Positions 50,889 through 64,000 of a stretch of 64,000 nucleotides of DNA are shown here, piece after piece. The position numbers and the translations under genes are program-made. The notes beneath the pieces are model-generated. The model searched no databases, was not told the DNA's origin, and was given only the letters and a program-made list of their open reading frames with translations. The stretch comes from Antedon mediterranea (taxonomy: Eukaryota > Animalia > Echinodermata), in contig NC_092675.1 of NCBI RefSeq assembly GCF_964355755.1, positions 17,642,912 through 17,706,911 of the forward strand, written 5' to 3'. The stretch's first letter is position 1, and every line of letters begins with the position of its first letter.

Positions 50889-52089
50889 CAGACCTTGATT
50901 TATAAATATAAGAGGAGAGCTCCTAATGGCTCTCCTCAATATGTTGAGGAGAGCCATCATTATTTTGATTAAGTATTCGAGGCACAGGCCCACCATGGTT
51001 GGGCCTGTGGCGAGCCGAATTTTGATAAATGACACCTCTAGATGGCCGGAAATGGTATTCTCGCACGTAAAATTCATTGTAGGTCATTGTTCTCTGAACG
51101 TAGTCTACGATCGATGTATTGTTATGATAATTATCTACGCGTCGATCGTAGGGTTAGTAAACACCATTGTCATCGCCTTTACTTTAGAAGCATGGACAAT
51201 GCAAACAAACAATGTATTGTTTGCTAATTAAAATCCTATCTAAAGATAGTAGACGTCAATTTTTGTAGCCACCCTAGCTAGGCCTAGGTTATCCTAATTT
51301 GGACGGAAATCCGCCGCCGACGAGACGACATCGGGTCCGTGGACCTCTCAGCTCACGCAGAGAGAGAGAGTCGAGGCTATCTATCTAGTCTAGTTTCGGC
51401 GGCCTACACTATACATTATTTAATCCTACCTTGGGTTAGCGAATTATAAAAACAACGACACCTAGGCTAGGACACCAACAAAATATATGCAAAATAAATA
51501 TATATTCCATATTAATTACTATAAGATTTAACATAAAGGCGACATGTGTATAAGAAAAGGCCCGACCAGAATTTGGAGGGGAAAACATGTGATAAGAGAG
51601 AGTGTTTCATGTCATGTGACACAAAATCCAGGTACACGATCTTAATTACTGTTTATCGTCGGCAAGCCACCCTCACATACTGAGTTAAAAAAAAAACGTG
51701 AGATGTTGCGGTAAAGCAGAGAGTATCGCGTTTCATGCCATGTGACCAAAAAAACTAGGTCTGTATAATTACGGTCTTCTGACGGCAGTCTTTTTGAGCT
51801 ACCGATTGAACGTTCTGATACTATATTTAGAATGAATTGTTTACGATATTTTTCTCGCAACATAAGATCGTAGGCGCGCCTAGCCTATCGGGGGTAGCCA
51901 TAACAAAGATCGTTTGCGCGACTATATATAGACTGTGTGTTGTATTCGGGGTTAATATTCTTATCATTATATATATTTTTATGACGCACTGTAACAGGTT
52001 GGGGAGCGCTATTTTAGGCGCTCCTTTGATCGTTTTCAGGAGCGCCAAGGAGCGTCAGCGCCATGGCGCTCCTTTTAAATCAAGGTCTG
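50889..52089. mobile_element. Non-autonomous DNA transposon, 13 bp TIR, 6 bp target duplication
   Basis: CAGACCTTGATTT (50889-50901) / AAATCAAGGTCTG (52077-52089); ATTACA immediately outside both ends; subterminal GGAGAGC/GGAGCGC repeats. Superfamily not assigned (hAT-like CAG end). Confidence 0.75.
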
Positions 52090-52845
52090 ATTACATATGT
52101 AAAATTTGTTCCGTCCAAACGGGCTTTTAAAATTTTTTTTCATATCGCGAAAACACATTTTCTTTATGCTTCATTTATTGCTATTATCGCCGTCGTGTGC
52201 GACAAAAACTAAATTTAGCCTACGTCTGTTATTATTGAAAAGCCAAAACATGTTGGACGAATAAACTAGACGCAACACAATTACCAACATTGAATTATAA
52301 TTCCTTTACTTCTAATTTGGCTATTAACATATCAAATTATTATACTACTACTGTATGTTGTATAATGAAATAATATTTGAGATTGAGAGCATGTTTTAAA
52401 CGCTTTATGTAACGGCCCCACCAACCACATGCACTTGCTCTATTACTACATCATTGACGTTATCGCCCATTATTAAACGTCTGGATTCAACATTGCTAGG
52501 TCTAGCCCCGGGGCTGAGTCACAGAATCGGCGCACACCTCTCAATGACGTCACATACGTACCAGCACCCCATTGACTGATTATGACGTAATGCAATTTTA
52601 CCGTACCATTAGTAAAGGGAAGTTAGGATTCGGTACCGCGATTTAATATTAGATTAGGCCAAGTTGAGACCATGAACTTATGTACTACATACATAATTAA
52701 TAATAATCAAATTAATAATAGTTACACAAGCATCAACAAGTATTATTTAATATCTCGATATAATAGAAAGACAGTTTACAATCAGTATACACAATATTTA
52801 ATATACAGGTATTATTGAATTATAACTTTGGAAATTATAATATAA

Positions 52846-54021
<1,176 letters not shown>

Positions 54022-54224
54022 AATTAATTAATTTGTGCAACATTTTTATTTAAAAATACAACTTCTTATATACAGTGTTTCAATTTAACATATCTTTAAA
54101 ATTAAGAATGGAAGTTTGTCTGGTTTCGTATTAAAAATGTTATAAATAAATGAAAGTGAAAAGTTAGCAATATAAACGGTGTTGTTTTTATTATTGTACT
54201 ACCACTATTTTGTAACACAAACAA

Positions 54225-54465
54225 ACTACAACATCCAGAAAGAGTCAACCCTTAAAGTAGCCCTTCAACTTCGTGGTGGACTTTAAATTCATTTGTGCAA
54301 AATTTTAAAATATAAATTTACAAGTTCTTAAATACCATATTTCAATTTAACAATTCCTTAAAATTGATAATAGAAAGTTTGTCTGGTTTCGTATTAACAA
54401 TGTTATAAATAAATGAGAATATAAAGTTAGCAATCTAAACGGTGTTTGTGTTTATTATTTGTATT
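54225..54465 (+). repeat. Diverged tandem copy of the polyubiquitin CDS end and 3'UTR
   Basis: ACTACAACATCCAGAAAGAGTCAACCCTT...CTTCGTGGTGGACTTTAAA...GTTTGTCTGGTTTCGTATTAA...AATAAA mirrors 53960-54200. Confidence 0.9.
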
Positions 54466-54704
54466 GGTATAGTACTACTGTTGTCAAAAATAATACCCCA
54501 GCAATTCTGAATTGATGTTCCTTCTGATGAAAATTCTGTAATGCAGTTTTATATTTGTTTCACATGTATTGCCTCGTATCCTTAAATGATTCAGGCACCG
54601 CATGTTATGCTGGCACATGAGATGCTGTATGTACAAAAGTTAGGATTCTTACAACTGCTAAAATGACCATGTAGGAAATAAGTATACTATATATATATAT
54701 TTAT

Positions 54705-55037
54705 TTCCGCCATGATATGACCAAAAGCACACATTAATGTTCTCATTCAGGAACAGCCCAATTATTCATAAGGTATTCAAGTTCAATAGTTTTATCCTAT
54801 TATATAACTGTATTATAAATCTTTCATACTTATATGGCTCATTATGCAAAAAGCTTCAATCTGTGAAATGAAATAAGTTAACGAATGTGATTTCCACCAT
54901 GATATAAAAACAAGGGTACAATAATACTCTCATTCAAGAACAGCCTAATATATCATAAGGTTTTGATCCTATTTTATAACTAAATTATTATTATAATTCA
55001 GACTTATAGCTCATTATGCTAAAAGCTTCAATCTGTG
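54705..55037 (+). repeat. Intergenic tandem duplication, two diverged ~150-185 bp copies
   Basis: TTCC(G/A)CCATGATAT...CTCATTCA(G/A)GAACAGCC...CATAAGGT...CTCATTATGC-AAAAGCTTCAATCTGTG at ~54705-54865 and ~54892-55036. Confidence 0.8.
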
Positions 55038-55769
55038 CTTAACACTAAAAACAAAGGTGAGTTTTTAAAGCTTCTTTCAAAACCAAGAAAAACAATGATT
55101 TACTCATTGGTATTAAACCTATAAACAGTAATCCTAAATCTAAACACTAAAAAAAAATATTGCACATCATTATGTTGTTTAGGTTAATAAATAAGTTTAC
55201 ACTAACCGAATTTTAGTTAAATTAATTTTAGAAAAAAATGCACCAAATTTGCTAAATAAATAGTGTTGATAAAAGTAAAGTCAAAATATATTGGTCAAAT
55301 AATAAAACATGTTTTAGGTGGACTTTGGAGTTTTTTGCTCTCTACTGAACCACTTTGGAAATCAATTCTAAACCCCAAATTGTCATTCAGTATTAAGACA
55401 TTTATAAAATAAATGAAACCCGAAATAAAACTTCATATTTATGACTACAGTATAGTTGATTTTAAAATGTATATTAATAGGCTTAATGTACTCAGTCAAA
55501 TTTTATGAACAGAAACTTTTGTCTTATGACAAACGCATAATAATATAGTACAGTAGTTGTAAATGTAAAATTAAAAAAGCCCAAAAACCATATAGAGAAC
55601 AATAACATAATTCCATTCCTGTTGTCATGTATGGTATTCATTTTCAAATTACACAAGCCGAGACTTTTATAATTCCAGTTTGCAATAAACTACAAAAAAT
55701 TACATTTCTATAATATGGTTATATATTTTGTGTTTGAATCTGCTTTTCTGTTAAAACGTTGACTGTAAA

Positions 55770-55921
55770 AAATCGGAAATGAATGCGCCGCATAGTGTGA
55801 TGTCATCACATATTGACCAATCATGTTTAGGCAATGTTATGCGTCATTTTATGGATATGCAAATTGATCGCAAATCCCGCTTGGACAGTCTCTTTCTCGC
55901 AAACAGCAAGACAAAATGGCT
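55770..55921 (+). promoter_or_regulatory. Probable promoter/5' region of the hnRNP gene
   Basis: CCAAT at 55817, octamer ATGCAAAT at 55857-55864, pyrimidine-rich start region near 55889, YY1-like AAAATGGC overlapping the ATG; local CpG enrichment. Confidence 0.45.
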
Positions 55922-58900
55922 AGCACAGAATATCAAACCGAAGATTTCTCGCAAGATCCAGCCGGGGAATCGACGTTTAATGATGGTACATTACAGCCAG
56001 TAGAACAACAATCAAATGGGGGTCAGAAATCTGCTTCAGATAATAGAATTAACGCATCAAAACACGTTGAAGATGGAACGTAAGTAACTACCTAGCTAGG
56101 CCTACGTTTATTTTTGTGCGACGACACATACCACCGGTGCCATGCACGCCGTTTAAACAAAGCCATGTGACTAGCAGTTTTTTAGCATATTTTCTGTTAA
56201 TTTGCTTTTTGTTGCCTTATTAATATGGCCATTTTGTTAGTTAGTTGTTTATATAAAAAAAGTAAAATATTTAGTTTCTATATCTCAACGAATGAGGAAT
56301 CATCCAAACAAACCTATTACTGTATTTACTATATTTAGTGTAGCTGCCTACTAAAACCAAACAAAGATGAATGGCAATCCAAATGAAGGTATTTAGGCTA
56401 GTTTAGGTAACTAGGGCTAGGCCATGTTTGATAGGCCTAACCAGTGCAGTGTGTTTTTTTATACATATATTGTATTATAGGGCCTAGACTAGGCTATATA
56501 TTTTTGTATCATAATTTGTTTGTTTTTTTCTCTAATTTGCACCCAAACAGCAAAAAGAAAAATCAATGAATCTGATCAAGCAGGAATTTTTTTTATGTTT
56601 GCCTACTTGCCTAATTAATAACACAAAAATCCCTCTAGCTACAGTAGATGCTAGCCTGCATAGTGTATAAAAGTGTTAAACCTTGTACTCATCAAGATGA
56701 GGATAAAAGACATTATACAAACAATTTCAAACATGAGAAAAACGGATCGCAAAAACAACCCTTCCTCGAACACATTTAAAATACTTTAAATTAACTAAAA
56801 TACAAGTTAGTCTTATAAATTTATTGCTCTGCTATTCAAATACTGTAAAGCATGGAGCCATGTTTTGTTGAAATTTGACTTGACTCGGTCTCTTGAAACT
56901 ACATAAAAAAAATCTTCTTGGTAAATAGCTAAATTGTTACAATTAAGGTATTCTAAATTAAATAATATTGTCAAGAAGAAGGTAGTTAATGTTTTTTAAT
57001 TGTGATTAGTGAAACACTATTTTATTTAAACTAGCTTTTAGAATGTCAATTGAAAAGAATTGTAACCAGTATTATGTAGTGACAATCAATGGCATTGTTT
57101 TTGAAAACAAAACCATTCCACCTGCAGGTTAAGCACATGAATGATTTTTAATTCAATGAATGTTATGTTCATTAAACTTCATTGTTCCTGTAAAATGTAT
57201 ACATTTAATCACATACTTTTCTGTATAATAATTATCTTTGAAATTACTATTCTGCAATGAGTAAGAAAAAATCAGTATATTTTAAAGTGGAGGTGTACTC
57301 AGGGCTTTTCCTTCTGTTATTTACTTCAGTATATTAATATTAGTAGGTACAAACATAAAAAATCATATCAAAATAAGCAGTGAAATAAGGAAAATAAAAA
57401 AATTTTCAAAAATGACGAAAACTCGCTGTATTTTTTTTTCAGCAGTTAGGTAATGACCTTAGTTGTAAAGGTCACGTTACCATGTAATCGCTCGAGCTGA
57501 CGACGAGACGCGCTAACTACACATGTATCATTTTTGTCTCCCTGCTCATAATTAAATAGACATCCATCCACATCCGATCGAACGAACACAATTTATTATT
57601 GTCTTGCCTTTTGTTATTACTTTTTGTGTCTACTCTTAGCTTCAAAATGAAGCACTGTATGGTATACAAGTGCCATAACAAGTCACATAGAGATATCAAT
57701 CGAGAGTGAGGTGGTTAATCTCCATTCGTCGCTCTGTTGCTGGGGCCTAGTCTGATTTACATCTTCGCCGTCGGCAGTTTGTGATGATTTTATGGGCCTA
57801 GGTTCTGGTTCAGGCCTACGATTAAACCAAACATTGCAGTTTGATCCGTCTATCTTTTCAAATAACCACGTAAAACAATCTTAATCTTAGACTTACTATT
57901 CGTATGTATTTTATATCCTAGTTTGTCGAGTCGAGGAAGATCAAAGGATCGAGAGTCGTGAAAGAGTAAAGAAAGCCAAAAGGTCGCGCATGTGCAAATT
58001 GATTGACTCCCTAGGAAGTAAAAATTACCCACTTGGCTCAAGTGGGTAGTTTTTTTAATTAGGTTAAAAAAATTGAAAATGAATTGGTCAAGCCCTTAAA
58101 AACACATCGGGAATGAAAAATTCGGCTTCCGAAGAATCTTGCATATATTTTTTAAGTTTTTTTTAAAAACGCATCATTTTTTTTTTTTCAATCTACAGGC
58201 AAATGAATAGGGAAAAAGGTTTGTAATTTGAACTATCCCCCAGATGGCATTTTTTAATGTTTTTCAGAATAACCATGCAGCATTCAACAAATTTAAAAAA
58301 TACCTTAATTTAGATGGAAGTAATGTTCATTATGAACTGAATAAAATAAAAATTTGAAATTTTTTGAGAGCACCTCCACTTTAAGGGAAAAAACGCAAAT
58401 TTACGATGTACAGTATACAGTACATTGTTCTATCTGCTGATGTTTTAAACGCAAGGCATTGGACCGTTGACCGTTGATAGATTACTGTACACCTGAAGTC
58501 TGAACATACCCTTACACTGACTTTTTTAAATTCATTTAAGACTTGTATCCCTTTGAAATGCAGAAAAAGTGAATACATGTTGCATGCAGCATAATATTGT
58601 AAACATAAAGTTGTTATTGTATGACTAGCTGCTGTGGTATGATGTTTAAATGTTATTTGAACTCTGCCACGGTTGATGCATGCATACCAATAATTGAAAT
58701 ATCTTGTATGAACGTAGGAGACATTGTAATGTTGCTTAACTGTATTTAATTTATTTGTAAAATAAAATAGATTTTAGATTACAGTAGTACCTCTTTTTTA
58801 TGTACCCTGATTTTACAATAAATAATATAAAATGACGTCATCATTTTCAGAAATTTATTGCATAAATTAGTGTTATTTTCTTACATTGAGGGCGCAATTT

Positions 58901-61900
58901 AACATCAAATCACAAAGCCAAGACTGTGAAACAAACCCCACATGTGCATTCTCCCTACAGCATCAACTGTTTTTATTGACAGAAAATACAAGAAAATCAA
59001 TTTTTTATTTATAACACTATACTTTTCTAGTTCGGCCTCACATCTAGCTTGGACTAGATTAATCTAGTGAGTAGGGTAGGTGAACACAACAGCCTTACGA
59101 TCTACGTATTTAGGGTTATTTTAAGGTCAACCTGGGTTTTTTACGAATCCTACGGGTATGTTTTACGTACACCTTTTGGTCCCGTACCGTATGTACAATA
59201 AAGGTTCTACTGTATTTTTAAAGGTATTGCTTTGTACAGTATTTTAATTTAAAACTTTTTTTTTTCAGAAAACTATTTGTGGGAGGCCTTAGTTGGGAAA
59301 CAAGTGACAGTAAGTTAATTTCATTAATTTTTATTGAATACATTCTTCTCAAATATAAGTAAAGATAATATTTTAATAAAATGTTCTTCCGTTTTAGACC
59401 ACTCATAGAACAAAAGAGTGGTCTTAACCACAATCATACCGGATTCTTTTTAAGTGCAGTTCACATGAAAACGCATTCTTTTTTGATAGTGATCATTTTA
59501 AGAGGTTGCTGCAATAAATACATGTTTTTTTAACTTGCAGAAAGTATGAAAGATTACTTTTCACAGTATGGTACAGTAACAGAAGTTGAAATAAAAAGAG
59601 AACCTGGTGGGCAATCAAGAGGATTTGCTTTTGTTATGTTTGAAGACCCATCATCTGTGCAAGCAGTAAGTAAAGTTTTCTGTTGTATTTTAAAGTAACA
59701 CAATGTTTCAATAATATTTGTTTATTAATTGTAAAGGACTGTTTTTTAGAAGAGACAATAAAGTTAACAAGTTAATAAAAAAAGAAAAAAAAGAATAAAG
59801 AAATGTAAGAAGATGTTAGTGAAATTGTATAAGTTGACCACTAAATGTTTCAATAGGTTCTCAACAAAACTGATCACGTATTAGACGAAAAAATAATAGA
59901 TGCCAAAATTGCACGTGCGCTAAAGAAAGATGAACCAGTTGTCGAAAACAAGAAAATCTTTGTAGGAGGTCTAGCACCAGGATCAACAGTAGAAGTAATC
60001 ACAGAGTTCTTTACAACATATGGTGAGGTAAGTACAGCGTTACAATACAGTCTTTAAATTTACGGTTACACTTGATCTACTAGTTCACACCAGACTAAAA
60101 AATTATTTTTTAATACAATGTAAAGTTTGTAAAAAAGTTTCTAGTGATGGCCATGTTTTTATTGTCTTACTTTGAAAAAGACGATTTCAAATATTTGGTG
60201 TTTTTTTTTTGTAACACTAACAGGTAGAAGAAGTTGTTCTTCCTGAAGATAAACAAACGAGAAGAAAGCGTGGATTTGGCTTTGTAACATTTAAAGAACA
60301 ATCTAGTGTGGAAAAGGTGATGGCATCTGGAACTGGTGGACAGAAATCATATGTTACTTTAGATGGCCATCAAGTAGAGGTTAAGCCAGCTGTACCACGC
60401 GACCAACAGGATTCAATGAAAGCACAGCGATCTTTTAGAGGTCGAGGAAGGGGTGGTGGAGCAGGATGTAAGTATTTTTGTTGTTGTTCACTCGTATGCT
60501 ACCTGCATCTGTCTACCACCTAGAGAAACTTCCATAAACTTTACCTAGTATTGGCAAATTCTTTATTTTTAATAGTTTGCTACAAAATTGATAGGCATCA
60601 CATGAGTGATCAGAGGATATATTGCCTGAGTTGTAGGAACTCGATTTGAAGTCTGCCGTCACTAGACAAATAAATTAATTGATGGTTTTCAAACTCAGGA
60701 CGTCAAAGCAGTGTAAATCTCTTGGTGCTGTCGAATGTTATATTTCATCTTTACTTTGACAATAATTAATTTCTTTGTTTAATCATCAGTCCGAGGAGGT
60801 TACAGTAACCAAGGTGGGGACTACTACAACTCAGGCAACTATGGATATGGTGGTGGGGCTGCTTATAACACAGGCTACAATGATGGTAGTTATAACTATG
60901 ACAGCTACAATAACAGCTATGGGAGTTACAGTGGTTACCAGGACCAGTCATATGGAGGTCAAGCAGCGTATGGAGGTGGTGGATACTACGAAGGCTACAA
61001 CAATCAGACTGGATACAATCAAGGATATGGTCAAGGTAGTAAAATTATACTTGCTTATAAATGTTCAAAATATTTTATTTAGTAATTTCACTCAATTACT
61101 TTGTAATTACCGTACTGACGCGGCTATAAGCCCATACTCGGGTATAAGCCCACCCCCGACTTTTGACTAATTTTCATGAAAAATGAGGCACTCGGGTATA
61201 AGCCCACCCATTAATTCGAAGATCTACAGTGTGTGTTGTAATACATTATTTTGCATTTGGCGACGTCCATACACCGAATATACCTACCTTTGATCATAAC
61301 CAAGCTAGGCTAATATACGCTAGGCCATATGAGGCCTAGCGGTCCTGTTTTGTTTACACTCCATCGCGGTCGAAGATCGCTTCACACACGACGCTACAAG
61401 TCGCCAAAACGGAAAACCACTATTTGGTATCGGCTGCCATAAACAAGCTTATTAAATTTCTTTGGTACATTTCTATTTAACGAACATTGTATACTTGCTT
61501 TTCTGCTTGATAAATTCTTGTTAAATTGATGTTTAAAATAAGATATTCTACGATAAATTACACGAACTAATTTTCCGACACTCTACACCTCGTGTATTTA
61601 GAGGCAACGTCGTACATGTGAGGGCGCTCGCTCGCATGGTGGAATACACAGTATACATATGCTGTTTTTGACGATCTGCATTTTTGGATCCTCGGGTATA
61701 AGCCCACCCCCCAAACTTGACATGATTTCATGTTCGAGGGGGGTGGGCTTATACCCGCGTCAGTACGGTATACACACATAGAGCTGCATCCAATCAAATC
61801 GTATAAGAGTTTATATATATAGATTAGCTAGAGGATAGACTCCAATGTTATCACAGTTCTCCATGAAGAGGGGGACAGTAAGTATGGTGGCTGCAATCGA

Positions 61901-62406
61901 CCATGTGATGTCACTAGTTATGGAGTCATGAACTACACGTCTGTTACAGCATAAACATATTCTGTACAATCCTTATATGCAGAAATGAAAGATATTTACC
62001 ATCTATCATTTACCATCTATTTTTTAGAACTTTAATGTGCTTTAAAAATGGGTTCTAATTTATGTGATCTTTAATATAGATTAGATAGATTATTTTTAAT
62101 ATATATTAAATTATATTTGAACTACGGTGAATTTTGATTTTGCACCCTTACTGTTGAGAATCTATGGTTATGAAAGTAACTACCATTATGCACATCTAAA
62201 ATTAAAAAATAAATTGCAAAATTAAGGTTTGTAATTGAAGGGTTCTTGTTTTTTTTTTTTTTTTTTTTTTTTGGTTGCATGTGGTAGGCCTTCTCTATTT
62301 CTCATTTGTAGGTGGTAATGCCGGGGCAAGTGGTGGATATGGCAAGTGGAATCAAGGTAGTAACCGTGCTGGTCGAGGTGGTGGATATCATCCATATAAT
62401 CGTTAA
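55916..62406 (+). CDS. hnRNP A/B-D family (squid / AUF1-like) RNA-binding protein, two RRMs plus Gly/Tyr-rich tail, ~361 aa
   Basis: Exons 55916-56079, 59269-59309, 59541-59665, 59857-60027, 60224-60467, 60790-61035, 62312-62406 join in frame: ...RINASKHVEDGTKLFVGGLSWETS...SRGFAFVMF...KKIFVGGL...KRGFGFVTF...RGRGRGG...GY-rich...RGGGYHPYNR-stop (RNP2/RNP1 twice, RGG, PY-NLS). Confidence 0.92.
61110..61768. mobile_element. Tc1/mariner superfamily (pogo/Tc2-like) MITE in hnRNP intron 6
   Basis: TIR CCGTACTGACGCGG(C/G)TATAAGCCCA at both ends, TA on both flanks, internal repeats of CTCGGGTATAAGCCCACC. Confidence 0.88.
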
Positions 62407-62432
62407 CTGTTTTTAAGGGATAATTTCATGGG

Positions 62433-62681
62433 GTAAGTTTCCTTAGCATGTATTCCAGTAGATCATTTTTATTCCAATACTGGTCAAAATCCCATAAACA
62501 AACCTCTCAATTACAAACTCTTCTTTTTTAAATTAACTTTTTTTTATTTTAACTAATTTTAAACATATTTGATTTACATTCTTTTTACTTGATATTATGG
62601 GTGTGGAAATTTGTTCAGCTTGTTATCTTTATGACTTGGATTTTTTTAATGTATTAAAATGGTGGTGTTTATTTCTTTCAG
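62433..62681 (+). other. Probable 3'UTR intron of the hnRNP gene
   Basis: GTAAGT at 62433, 26 nt after the stop; TTTATTTCTTTCAG acceptor ending 62681; AATAAA candidates downstream near 63028 and 63625. Confidence 0.65.
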
Positions 62682-64000
62682 GGTATGATGTACATTATTC
62701 AGACTGGAGATAATAGAACAATGGATTGTTCTCTTGCATTGGAACTTGTGATTTAGATGTATTCTACCGGTGAAGGATGAGACCAGTTTATAAAACCGTC
62801 CTCTTCACTTCTGATTAAAATAAATTGGGGGAAAAATTTGGACTCTCAGATGAGAAACCTGCATATGATGACAACATGGAGTTGCTGTATAATTGTCAAC
62901 CTTTTATTTTCTAACCTTTCCTTCTATTTTTTTTTCTCTAGTCTTGTGGCTTTGATATGTGAATATGTGTTGTTAAATCTGTTATTTTCCTCATTAAAAA
63001 ATAAGTGAATTTCCATGTAATTGGTTAAATAAAGACTTGCATTTTAATAGTTGGCCCTAGGACTAGGTGTAATTGTCTTATTTTGAGTCTTAAATCCAAA
63101 ATCCTCCAAAAAACATAAGAAACAAAGTGCAATCTTAATACTTAACATATTGTCTAATTAATTAACATAACGTTCATTACTTATTTAACAGTTACATTCC
63201 ACAAGATATTTGTTGTACTAAGGATTGAATATGTAAGGCCAAATGGTTTGATAACAAAAGTTAATTATACCAAAACGTTGCCTTTTGTATAAATAATACA
63301 GGCAACTCTTTTAATTTTAGGCACCTTATTGTCATGTACAGTGTTTTATATGAAAATGAAAAGAATGTTTTGATAGAAAAAGAAAAAAATGCTGCATTTG
63401 TCTTCATTCCAGTGTCTCAGGTCTCTTTGAAATTTGACCTAGATAAACAAATTAAGAAAAAATGTTAAGATTAAAATTTGGCATGTTTAATTAACTGGCC
63501 TATAGAGTACATTAGTAGTTTAAAGTATTAGCCAAAGCTGGATTTAAATACAGTATTTGGGAATAGAAGTCCATTCCTTTTATAAAACTTCCCTGTATAT
63601 ACCTCTAGCTTTGTAATAATGTACAATAAAATTCAATCCTTTCTACCTAATAGTAACATGTCCATTAAATTATTGACATGATAAATAATTTACATAAAAA
63701 TAACTAATTTATAAATGATTTACAGATTAAATTATAACAGTATTTCCATAATTACACAATAAACCATTTAAAAGTACTATAATTATAATTCCCAAGACCT
63801 ATAAACAAACAATATTAATTTAACATAAAATACATTGCCAAAATAAATACTGCATAAAAAACTAAACTAGATATTCAAATGGATCCAATAGTTGTACAGT
63901 ACTGCATTTATTAGCAGCTAGTGATGCAGAAATCATGAGTTCATTCATTATATTCAATATGTACAAGATAGATAGCTGGCCTACTTCCTAAATAATCTCT

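Noticed and set aside
50862-52130. ORFs in the ubiquitin intron as transposase genes
   Set aside because: Short, no DDE or DNA-binding motifs; they lie in a non-autonomous element.
55779-56003. 74 aa ORF upstream of/overlapping the hnRNP start
   Set aside because: Different frame from the ATG at 55916 that leads into the INASK...LFVGGLSWET family motif; starts upstream of the likely transcription start.
60775-61170. 131 aa Thr/Met/Val-rich ORF
   Set aside because: Alternative frame of the Gly/Tyr-rich hnRNP exon 60790-61035.

Overview
AT-rich animal (invertebrate-type) genomic DNA with spliceosomal introns; most ORF-track entries are single exons read into flanking intron, or noise. Three + strand genes: (1) the 3' part (start lies upstream of the window) of a giant cysteine-rich modular protein gene, about 82 coding exons from 153 to the stop at 46193, encoding by my hand count 10 WAP, about 21 VWC, about 43 antistasin-like, 6 copies of an 8-Cys NPC...NYCGGC module I cannot name, 3 thyroglobulin type-1 domains and a terminal lustrin/WR1-like module, with nearly one domain per symmetric phase-1 exon and a four-domain higher-order period in the antistasin array; (2) a penta-ubiquitin gene (52876-54021) with a probable 5'UTR exon near 49090-49181; (3) an hnRNP A/B-D (squid/AUF1-like) two-RRM gene (55916-62406). 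Introns hold many non-autonomous elements: a tandem Helentron/HINE-like element, Harbinger-, Kolobok-, Merlin- and pogo-like MITEs, tRNA-derived SINEs, a Penelope-like RT fragment, a minisatellite and a nested transposon stack in the ubiquitin intron. All exon boundaries and counts were read by eye from GT-AG signals and reading frame, not computed.
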